Origin: Octopus sinensis
Lineage: Eukaryota
DNA: 64,000 nucleotides
Direction: 5' to 3'
Assembly: GCF_006345805.1 (NCBI RefSeq)
Contig: NC_043010.1
Span: forward strand, 19,530,001 to 19,594,000
Shown: positions 50,685 through 61,484 of the stretch, one piece after another
How positions within the stretch are numbered: the first letter of the stretch is position 1
How the letters are laid out: the number at the start of each line of letters is the position of its first letter
Notes under the pieces: generated by a model
Databases searched by the model: none
The model's input: only the letters and a program-made list of their open reading frames with translations
What the model was told of the DNA's origin: nothing
Translations under genes and position numbers: made by a program

Positions 50685-50722
50685 TCTTTTACGTTTCGAG
50701 CCTACGCTCTTCAACAGAAAGA
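50685..50722 (-). ncRNA. Minimal type I hammerhead-like motif with A6U core variant
   Basis: Minus strand: UCUUU-CUGUUGA-A-GAGC-GUAG-GCUC-GAAA-CG-UA|AAAGA; helices I, II and III all pair perfectly. A decayed homolog lies at 63366-63403. Confidence 0.6.
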
Positions 50723-50815
50723 TACACAGAAAAGAAACACAGAGAGAAACAAGGAGAGAAAAAAAATGCGTGCAGAGGCTAGCGAATCAACATGGCAATC
50801 TGTCTCTCTCTCTCC

Positions 50816-50906
<91 letters not shown>

Positions 50907-51272
50907 CCATTATACAAATCTTTAGGTTGAGTTTAACACATGGATGGATGAATGAGCAAACTTTGTACATAATACTTTGCTGGGTTTGAACTGATAACCT
51001 TTATATCTGCTCACAAAGTCTTTTGATTAGTGGCTTGATTATTGGCCAAGAATATTGAAACTGAAGAAATGTGTTGGGGTGGGGCAGTGCCAGATCATCT
51101 GAGACTGTTTCCTGTGAAAGACAAACATCTTACCCAAGGAAGATTTATTCCCTGGTATTAACCTAACTGGACTCGCATCTCCTTTTTTCTCATAAGGATA
51201 AATATGAATCTCCTAGATTCTACTCTGTTATTTCCTTTCTCAAATCCTTTGTAAAAATGTTGTTTATATTTC

Positions 51273-51395
51273 TTTCACTGAAGAGTACATTGATATATAA
51301 TTAATTTAATTAATCTAATTAATTTAATCAATTCAAATTCAATCATGAATTTGCATGATCTTTATATCTCTGTACGAAACGATCGTCTGCATGAA
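51273..51395 (+). ncRNA. Type I hammerhead ribozyme, canonical core, GUC triplet
   Basis: CA-CUGAAGA(51278-51284)-GUACA...long AU-rich helix II...UGUAC-GAAA(51376-51379)-CGAUCG-UC|UG; palindromic helix III ACGAUCGU, G10.1-C11.1 pair, CpGs retained. Confidence 0.8.
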
Positions 51396-51655
51396 TTAAA
51401 ATTCCCTTCTCCATTTTTAACAAAATTGTGGAGTCTTATGGTATTTCTTTCCATAAATTCACCACATATCATATACAAGTATATGTGTGTGTGTGTGTGT
51501 GTGTGTGTAATTATAGAGGTATAATTATAGTTAAGGGCTACTGGAAATGACCAGTGCCTATGCTAGAAGTAGATGTCAAATACCTACAATCTGCTCTAAA
51601 ATTTGTTCTCTATATTCAACTACAGGTATGAATGCAAGGGAATAAGCAAGAAAAT

Positions 51656-51659
<4 letters not shown>

Positions 51660-51710
<51 letters not shown>

Positions 51711-51754
51711 CGGCGGTGCATCAGCATGGCCGCAGCTCTGAGCTGAAACTAGAA

Positions 51755-51797
<43 letters not shown>

Positions 51798-52275
51798 GTG
51801 TGTGTATATATATGTGTGTGTATGTATATATATGTGTGTGTATGTATATATAGTGTGTGTGTGTGTATGTATATATGTGTGTGTGTATATATGGTGTGTG
51901 TGTATGTGTGTGTGTGTGTGGTATATATATGTGTGTGTGTGTGTATATATATATGTGTGTGTGTGTGTATATGTGTGGTGTGTATATGTGTGTGTGTGTA
52001 TATATGTGTGTGTGTGTTGTGTGTGTGTGTGTGTGTATAGTGTGTGTGTGTGTGTGTAATATGTGTGTGTGTGTATATGTGTGTGTGTATGTGTGTGTGT
52101 GTGTGTGTATGTGTGTGTGTGTGTGTATATATGTGTGTGTGTGTGTGTATATATGTGTGTGTGTGTGTGTATATATATGTGTGTGTGTGTGTGTATATAT
52201 ATATATGTGTGTGTGTGTATATATGTGTCTGTGTGTGTGTGTGTGTATATATATATGTGTGTGTGTGTATATATA

Positions 52276-52312
<37 letters not shown>

Positions 52313-52335
52313 TTATGTATATATATATATATGCA
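51660..52335. repeat. Long compound (TA)n/(TG)n microsatellite
   Basis: Direct reading; source of the 263-aa HT-repeat ORF artefact. Confidence 0.95.
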
Positions 52336-52894
52336 CGCCATTCATGCTTATTTGGAAACTTGTGCAAGACACCACTTGTATAATAAACCTACTACACGTG
52401 TGTGTGCGTGTGATAAAACATGCGTTTAGCTGTTATGTCACAATTCAGCTGAACATATGTTTATGCCTGTAGATCACATCTCATCAGCCAAGATGAAAGA
52501 AGCTTGCGTGCGCGTCTTTGTGACTCTGTTTGCCCCCCCCCCCACTACCATTTGACAACTAATGTGGGTGTGTTTACATCCCCATAACTTAGCGGTTCAG
52601 CCGAAGTGACCAACAGAATAAGCACCAGGCTTAAAAGGAAAAGTGTTCAGGTCAATACATCCAACTAAAATTCTTGAAGGTGGTGCTCCAGTATGGCCAC
52701 AGCCTAATGAGTGAAACCAGTAAAAGACAAAAGACACCTAGCCATATATATCTTAAGATGTCTCCACACACACACACACATGCAATGTGGTGGGTGTCTG
52801 TAATGTCTCAGTCTGTCATGTTGTTCTGTGTCTGGGAAATCTTGGGTATTATGGAAGGAAATACGCAGCATTTTCTGTGGACTTTATGGTTACG

Positions 52895-52944
52895 GTTACC
52901 TAGCAACAGCTTAGACATTTAAGGACACTTGTTGCCCTAGCAAC
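52895..52944. promoter_or_regulatory. Tandem RFX X-box pair
   Basis: GTTACCTAGCAAC (52895-52907) and GTTGCCCTAGCAAC (52931-52944), in unique sequence between microsatellites. Confidence 0.6.
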
Positions 52945-53336
52945 ATCTCTATTTTCCTGCTCCTCATTGCAAATTATTTTGTGTGTGTGTGTGTGTGTGT
53001 GTATCATCTAGCTATCTATATGTGTGTATACACACACACATCACACCTATGGTGAGAAGGTATGGAGATTGTAAGACCAATATAACAGTCTTCTCCACAC
53101 ACACACACATACACCACCACCACTACCACCACCACCATGGAGAAATACCTTCAGTTCTCCCTCCGTTTACTCTTCAATGTTGTCAGGGTAGTTGGGTACA
53201 AGGAACTGCTGCTTGCAGAACCTAACCTACCCCTTTTTTGCTACCCTACAATACTGTTATGTGTAGTGGTGGTAGGGTGGAGTGGAGTGGGTGCAATTTT
53301 CGTTCTTTCTTTTCTGTGTGTATGCGTTTGTCTATA

Positions 53337-53368
<32 letters not shown>

Positions 53369-54078
53369 ATACACACACGCGGTGGTGGTGTTTGTGAGTG
53401 TGTGGGTGTGCATGTACACACAAATGCTATTCATTTTCCAGAAGTGATGGCAGAACTGTTTTCACTGCTGCTACTACTCCTACTGCTACTACTTTGAACA
53501 TCTTTACAATATTATTGCTTTGTTTACACCTCAGGTTTTTACCTGATGATAGCGCTGCGTGTGTGTGTGTGCTTAAGTGTTTTAATCAGTTCGATATTGT
53601 CACATTGATTCTGTATATTTGTTACTACAATGACAGTGAGGTTGAAGAATAGGGGACTGCTCTGACAGTACGTGGTGGTGGTGGTGGTGGTGCAGAAGTT
53701 GCTAGATAATGGGGGTGGGGGGTTAGTGAGAGCCAAGTCAACCGTAACTGATCAAACCATTTAATCGAAGGTATTCTGGCCATGACTATCCTATCACTGT
53801 GTTTGCCCCCCTCCCACCATCACCACCACCACTAGACAACCAGTGTCAGTGTGTTTACATCCCTGTAACTTAGCAGTTCGGCAAAAGAGATAGAATAAGT
53901 CCCAAGCTTTAAAAAAATACTGGGGTTGATTCATTTGGCTAAAATTCTTCCAAGTGGTGCCCCAGCATGGCCACAGCCCAATGACTGAAACAAGTAAAAA
54001 GATAGAAAAATATTTAATGTATATGTGTAAATGGTGTGTATATATAATGTATTTGAATATATGGTGCATGTATATATG

Positions 54079-54125
<47 letters not shown>

Positions 54126-55864
54126 TGTGTGAGACACTCTTTATCTTCCTCTGCTTCTCTCTCTCTCTCATTCTCCCCACTACCACCACCACCAATTCTA
54201 TCACATCTCAATCAGGTTGCATTAATTAACCACTCTTTTACATGCACATACACACACATTATACAGCTCTGTGTTGTTTGCAACGCCATTGACATTCATT
54301 AACTCAAGTAGCTCAGTCCACTTGGCTGAAACTAGGTGTCACTCTAAGTAGCAACTGGAGGCTGTAACACTCTGCTGTTTGCAAGGTCAACAAACTCATT
54401 ATGTAGCCCAGTCCATCTGGCTGAAACTAGTTCTGACACTGTATGTATACAACCACTGTAATTGGCCCTCATGCTCCCCAGGGCCATAGTGAACAGCAGT
54501 CCTGGGCAAACTGTGATCTGTGAGACGTTCTGAATTGCTAGCCTTCGTTCACAAGGAAAACATCATCATCATCATTTAATGTCCGCCTTCCATGCTAGCA
54601 TGGGTTGGATGCTTTGACAGGAGCTGACAGAATCGTTAGCATGCCGGGCAAAATGCTTAGCAGTATTTCATCTGCCATTACGTTCTGAGTTCAAATTCTG
54701 CCGAGGTCGACTTTGCCTTTCATCCTTTCAGGATCGATTAAATAAGTACCAGTTATGCACTGGGGTCGATATAATCGACTTAATCCGTCTGTCTGTCCTT
54801 GTTTATCCTCTCTGTGTTTAGCCCCTTGTGGGTAGTAAAGAAATAGGTTTGACCTCTGTGTCTGTTTTGGCAGGGTTTTTATGGCTGGATGCCCTTCCTA
54901 ACACCAACTACTTTGCAGAGTGGACCAAGTGCTTTTCACGTGGCACCAGCAATGGCATGCTCAGGCATGGCTGTGTGGTTATGAAGCTTGCTTCCCAACC
55001 ACATGGTCCCAGGTTCAGTTCCACTATTATGTGGCACCTTGGGCAAGTGTCTTCTACTATAGCCTTTGGCCTACCAAAGACTTGGTAAGTGAATTTGGTA
55101 GATGGAAACTGAAAGAATCCCATCAATAAAAGAGACTAACAGCATAAGTACCAAACTTGAAAAAATAAATACTGTGGTCAGTTCAGTTTACTAAAAATTC
55201 TTCTAGACAGTGCTCCAGTATGGCCACAGTGTAATGACTAAAACAAATAAAAGATAAAAGGTTAAAAAAAAAATCCACCAGTCATGCTGCAGGGTGGGTG
55301 GGGTCTGGAAGGGAGTATCACTTTACAAGACCGTTTGCCCCCTTTTCTTACTCTCCCTCCTTCATCTGAGCTTATACCACCAATGGAGTGAGGGGAAGGA
55401 AGAGGAAGAGGAGGCAGAGTGTCTGTTCGGGTGTGGGAGGCTGTTCAGCTCTGTAAGAAATTACTGCGCATTGAGATTTCTTTGGATGATAATAGATTCA
55501 AACCACCCCCACTCCATCACCTACCCCTGCCAACAGGTAGATACTACTTAACAGATGTGGCCTCCTTCCCTCTACATGTGTGTGTGCATCTGAGCTTTAG
55601 AATTTCCATTGTGTGTGTGTGTGTGTTATATAAGATGTACATTCCCATGTAGGTGTGTCTAACCGTGTTTGTTAACATAGCTAAATGCGAAAGACATGTA
55701 GCTTATACATGACTGTTTTCTCTGCCTCACACACACACACACACAACTGTTTTTTGTTGTCTCATGCACATATGCTCACACATGTGCCTTAAATGATGCA
55801 TTGCTGAATGGTACATCAGTTATGGTGGGGGTGGTAGTAGGAGTAGTAGCTGTAGACGTTTGAC

Positions 55865-55897
<33 letters not shown>

Positions 55898-58798
55898 ATG
55901 TGTGTGTGTATATATATATATGCATGTATATATTTCTACACACTGTAGTTGTAACCAAAAATATTTGTTGTCTTCCTTCCTTCCTACATGTAAAGTAGGC
56001 ACAGTAAAGTACGCATACACTCGTTGTATAACATAGATACAGAAGACAAAGATTCCATACTTCAGAAACATATGAACAGCCTTCTGCATCTTTGGGTGTA
56101 TACACACACGTCTACGTATTCACACACACAAGCATCTACCATCTGCCTAAACACGCACACACACACACCAATGTCTACACATACATACGCTATTTACACC
56201 CATATCTACATACTCATTCACCTAGATACTTTCTACAGCCATCCCTATACACACACACATCCACATTCAAGTTTACACATATACACATACAATGTACATC
56301 CGTGTCTATGCACACACACACACACAATCACACGCACACAGTCAAAATTACATAAACATTCAAAAGCACTTACACACCTACACACACAACCAGAATTACT
56401 CACACACACGCACATGCACGCACGCACATCAGACAGGCCAAAACAAGATGTGCGATTGTTAATGTAAGCAGGATTCTGTGCCTTTGACCAAGTTTGGTAA
56501 ACAACCTTGATCACTCTTCTAGACAGTCTGTGTCTGTTCTGCTATCTGCTGCCACATTCTGTTTATCAAACCATTCTATAGGAAACAGACTCTGCTGTGA
56601 AGTGGCTGCTACACCATAATCTATTCAATGGTTGCTGAAGGAATCTGCTTGGGAACAATATGCTTCTGAGTTTGACCTCACTCTGTGACACCTTCAGCTA
56701 ATGCCAGCCAATGTTTGGTTGGAGGAATTTTATAGACAAACTGTATGGAAGCCTACCACATCATCATCATCATCATCATCGTTTAATGTCTGCTTTCCAT
56801 GCTGAGATACGAGTTGGATGGTTTGATGGGGAACTGGTGAGCTACAGGGCCGCATGAAGCTATAGTGTTATCTTTGGTGTAGTTCCTGCGGTTGGAAGCC
56901 CTTCCTAACACCAACCACTTTACAGAATATAATATTTTGTTTTGGTTGAGTCAGTCTCTTACTACTTTGGGATTCCTCAGTAGGAACACAGGCTCTTCAG
57001 GCAAATTCTGACAGGAGGATTGATGCGTTTAACACATTTATATAGTTTTGTAGTCATAGTTAAGGCACATGCTTCAGTGGTTAGAGCGTTGGGTTCATGG
57101 TCATGAGGTAATGAGTTTGATTCCCGGACAGGGCTGTGTGTTGTGTTCTTGAGCAAGACATTTTATTTCACATTTCCCCAGTTCACTCAGCTGTAGAAAT
57201 GAGTTGTGGTGTCATTGGTGCCAAGCTGTATTGGTCCCTTTGCCTTTCCTTTGGATAACTTCAGTGGCATGGAGAGGGGAGGCCGGTATACTTGGGTGAC
57301 TGCTGGTCTTCCATAAACAACCTTACCCAGACTTGTGCCTCAGAGGGTAACTTTCTACATTTAGTGCATGGTCATTCATGACCAAAAGGATTTTTTTCTT
57401 TTTTTGTTAATTATAGAATGTAATAATTAGAAAACTTTAATTATATACACACATACAAATACACACATACACGCACACATACATGCATATATACACACAC
57501 ACACATACATACATACATACATACATACATAATGTGCAAACCCTGTCAATTTCCCTGGGAATCCTGTGCCCCTACAGACTAAACTCAGTAGCAAGAGGGT
57601 CATTCAGCCAAAATGAAATATCATTAATCTCTACTATGGTATTGAGTACACATTTTAATGAGATTCCCCATGTGGTGTGTGTGTGTGTGTGTGTGTGTGC
57701 ACTCGCATACACTCACGTACACAGGTGCACATGTATATGGACAAATATCTTTTCCCACTGTTTCTTGTTGATCGATATCTTGGGGTTGGAATTTGTCAGA
57801 TGAAGACTATGGAAATCCATCTTGTGTTTTTGGGTGTGAGCTGATGCAAAAGCCTTATTTGTAGTTACTCTGTCAAAGGACCTCATTTGATAGCTGATCT
57901 CACCCATTGGATAAACAGAGGTTGATAAATTGAACACCAGACTAGATACTGTGGCTGATATCATTGATTAGAACTGATCATGGTGATGCCCCAGCATGGC
58001 CACAGCCCAAAGACTAAAAATGGTGGAGTGAATAAAACATAGAAATAGTCATGTATAGTCTTCTGTTGATCTGTATATAGAATAAAAATATATATAGTGC
58101 CTACCCTTCTATAGTATGGCACTATGTATACTGTCTACGACTGTGTAGTAATAGTGTGGCCAATGGGCCATTCATAGAACATTGTGCCAATTCCTTGTAT
58201 GAGAATGTATTGCATTGCTTATCATTTTGTATGTTGCCTCTGGTGATTGGATGTCAATAACAGAAATGCAGTACGAGTCAGTGAGATGAAGCGCTAAACC
58301 ATGGATCGATCTGTTAGAAACGGCAGTCAAATCTCCCTCAAGTCACTCCTTGTCATCTCAAAACAGAAGTGACAGGATTGTTTAGATATAAATAGCTATG
58401 TTACAAAATTACATTTTATATTCTGATTGCTCGTGTATGAGGTCTGATCAAAAGTAACAAGGACTCTTGCTATAAAAAGGAAACCATAATCCATATGAGT
58501 TTGGTATTTAATCTCCTTCAAAGTAATCCCCCTTCTGAAGCCACACACTTAATCCAGAATCTTTTCCATTGATGGAAGCAAGTGTTCCTGGGACTCGTTT
58601 CTGGGGTTAGGGAGCAAATATTCCTCATTGTATTCTCTTAGATTTCCTTGACATCGTGTAATCTTGCTAGGGTCTTTCACTGCAAAGACTGAGCCATGGT
58701 TTTGTTTAGGACCAGAGCCATAGACCCACGATTCCTCACCTTTTTATGACTACATTATTTACATTTGATGGATATTTGTCCTCGTTTAGTTTGTTGTT

Positions 58799-58846
58799 AA
58801 CACAACATTTCAGCTGATATACCCTCCAGCTTTCATCAGGTGTCTT
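58799..58846 (-). ncRNA. Minimal type I hammerhead ribozyme, intact
   Basis: Minus strand: GACAC-CUGAUGA-A-AGCUG-GAGGGUAUAU-CAGCU-GAAA-UG-UU|GUGUU; helix I 5 bp, helix II 5 bp. The inactivated mirror copy on + at 59094-59139 has UUGGUGA/AAAA. Confidence 0.75.
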
Positions 58847-58985
58847 GGGGGAAATTTCGAACTTGGGTTCTCATTCCTAAGGTATTTTTTGATGTTATTA
58901 TTATTATTCAGGTCACTGCCTGGAATCGAACTCTGAATCTTGGGGTTAGTAGCCCACACTCTTAACCATTACACCATATGCCCGT

Positions 58986-59090
58986 GGAATGAGAACCCAG
59001 AATTGAAATTTCCCAGGTTCTTAGGAATGAGAACCCAGGTTTGAAATTTCCCAGGTTCTTAGGAATGAGAACCCAGGTTCAAAATTTCCC
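58986..59090 (+). repeat. 38-bp tandem repeat x2.8
   Basis: Unit GGAATGAGAACCCAGGTTTGAAATTTCCCAGGTTCTTA starting at 58986, 59024 and 59062. Confidence 0.9.
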
Positions 59091-60824
59091 CAAGACACTT
59101 GGTGAAGGCTGGAGGGTATCTCAGCCAAAACGTTGTGTTAACAACAAACAAGATGAGGTCAAATATCCATCAAATGTAAATAATTCCTCATCTCTTAAAT
59201 ATAGAACTGTTTATGACTATTTTCTAAAAATATTCATCCTCCTTGACACAATCAATGAGATCCTGCATAGCTGAAATCCAATCTTGTTCTGAAATGACCA
59301 TACTCTACATACTTTGCTTCCAAGCACTGCAATAAACATCAGAAATGAGCGAGAACTTTTTAAATTTGTGTTTGTGTACAAAAGAGTTCAAGGTCAATCT
59401 GGGCCAAGGAGCTTCACTTCGTGTATTTTAGCTGTTACCATAGCAACAGTCCTGATACTTTTTGACCAAACCTCTTACCTCTGCTCATCTTGTCCTCTAA
59501 TATCTTATATACCTCCATTTGTCTTAACTGAGCTGTTATGCGATATCTCAAAGCAGCTCACTTTATCTTCTACAATAATAACCCAACTTCCTCTCACATT
59601 ATAATCTCTTAGTAATACATCATCCACCCAAGTTCAACACCCTTATGTCCCATATCTCAGACTCGCTAAGTCATGTCTGTACCCTGGGTTACCATCCTTT
59701 ACCAATATTGTCTGAATAATAAACCATTTGGTGATTAAGACTCACCCTGATGTATTATCCACCCTGAGTCTGCTCTTAAACACCATTGTCATCCTTCTCA
59801 AATGTTGCCCGACTCACAAACCATCTAGTCCTAGATTTTTTGTTGTACACCCTCCATACCCTGACACCCTGATAAATATTTTCTGACTCATAATTGTAAC
59901 ACATGCTCAGTTCTAGATTCTCACGCAAATGTTTGACATATTCAATGTTTATTTAGTGTTAAGGAAACTGGAATGAAGCTATGATTCAGTGAAGTGGGCA
60001 GTTGTTTTGGAATATCAACCATGTTTGCTAAGTGATGCCACTTGAATAACTCGGTGCCAAAATTGGGTGCCGAGAAAATTAGTTCAAGTGGTGTTGTTTG
60101 TCTGTTGACTTTTTAACATTTCTTCCCCCTCTTTCAGTTCCTGCAGAAATTTTGGCTTCACCATCTTGAGGAAGGATTGAATTCTATGCATTAGCAGCTG
60201 CTGCTACTACTACTACTACTACTTACTGTAGCCTAAATAAGAGTCTGTGGTTGAATAACTTTTTTTAAAAACATTTTGGATTTTATTTTATTTTCTCCAC
60301 TTTGTTTCCTTGGTAACCCACTTATAATGATGGTGAAGGTGGTGGTGGTGCTGATGATGGAGATTATGATGATTTGTGATGATGATCATCATCATCATCG
60401 TCATAACCACCATCACTACCACCTTCCCTGTCACCACCACCACCATCTTCGTTATCTTTTATCTTCATCACAAGCACCATAATCTCACCCCTCCTCCTCC
60501 ACCACCACCACCAGCCTCCAGTCTAATTTAAATGTAATAATATTTTGTTATCAGATTTTCAATAAATATGCAACATTTCATTATTTTCTCTTTTCATCAT
60601 TGAAACGTTTCTTGTAACTGTTGTTGTTGGTAGTGGTGGTGGTGGTGTAGGTGGTAGTAGTGGTGGCATTGTTGTTAGAGAGCAGGGGTCAAATCTGGTC
60701 AGACTCTTTATATCACAATGAACCAATGAAATTGCTTCTATAAGTCATGATCCCCCACACACACGCATACACGAACTACACTCACTCACACACATCTATA
60801 CTCGTGAATACACACACACACACA

Positions 60825-60873
<49 letters not shown>

Positions 60874-61431
60874 GTCTAGGAATCTAAGAGAAAATCCACA
60901 TTGATTTATTGATTGATTTTTTACCATATCTATGTGTGGAAACAGTTTGAATGTTGCTAGACAAAAATGATGATGATGATGATGATGGTAAGAATCGTTT
61001 CAACCCTAGGCTCAAGGCCTGAAATTTGTGGGAAGGAGGAGAGTCGATGACATTTATCCCAGTGCCATAACTGGTGTGTATTTCATCGACCCTGAAAGGA
61101 TTAAAGTCAAAGTCGACCTTGGTGGAATTTGAACTCAGGACATTGCAGCAGATGAAATACTGCTAAGCATTTCACCCGGTATGCTAATGATTCTGCCAGT
61201 TCGCCACCTTAACGATAATTATTTTGATAATGAAGTAAAAGAAGGAATGAGATGAAGAGAATATGCAAGTGCAGGTGTCTCTGTGTGGTAAGAAGTTTGC
61301 TTCTCAACCATATGGTTCTGGGTTCAGTCCCACTTCATGGTCCCTTGGGCAAGTGTGTTCTACCATAGCCTCAGGCTGACCGAAGCCTTGTCAGTGGATT
61401 TGGTAGACAGAAACTGAAAGAAGCCCATCAT

Positions 61432-61484
<53 letters not shown>

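Larger units (their letters stand above)
58753..59209. mobile_element. tRNA-headed hammerhead retroelement, inverted dimer, 10-bp TSD (copy 2)
   Basis: TSD tttatgacta at 58743-58752 and 59210-59219. The minus arm is complete with A-box TGGTGTAATGG (58966-58976) and B-box GTTCGATTC (58923-58931). The plus arm is 5'-truncated with a 38-bp tandem triplication. Confidence 0.85.
58438..59475 (-). mobile_element. Internally deleted mariner element (transposase remnant), interrupted by HHR element
   Basis: TIRs ta-TGAGGTCTGATCAAAAGTA... / ...TACTTTTTGACCAAACCTCT-ta with TA TSD. The minus strand reads QDLIDCVKEDEYF*KIVI(K)GEESWVYG (the TGDESW first-D motif) and CFHQWKRFWIKCVASEG/DYFEGD* (mariner C-terminus). 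Confidence 0.85.

Noticed and set aside
51576-52472. Longest ORFs in the track (263, 206 and 190 aa), and similar ones at 3720-4737, 26876-27486 and 36733-37215
   Set aside because: Translations of (TA)n/(CA)n/(TG)n microsatellites (HT/YI/CV repeats); not coding.
54305-54450. ~35-bp direct repeat (GTAGCTCAGTCCACTTGGCTGAAACTAG)
   Set aside because: Probably duplicated fragments of a SINE-type CAGTCCACTCAGCTG motif; no further structure.
55449-55536. Exon-like LCKKLLRIEISLDDNRFKPPPLHHLPLPT; also 56582-56638 (ETDSAVKWLLHHNLFNGC*)
   Set aside because: Poor polypyrimidine tracts and no independent support; cannot be distinguished from chance open frames.
58986-59090. CRISPR-like appearance of the 38-bp repeats; tracrRNA-like look of the 60040 hairpin
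   Set aside because: No spacers, eukaryotic context, no cas genes; a tandem duplication inside a retroelement and coincidental similarity.
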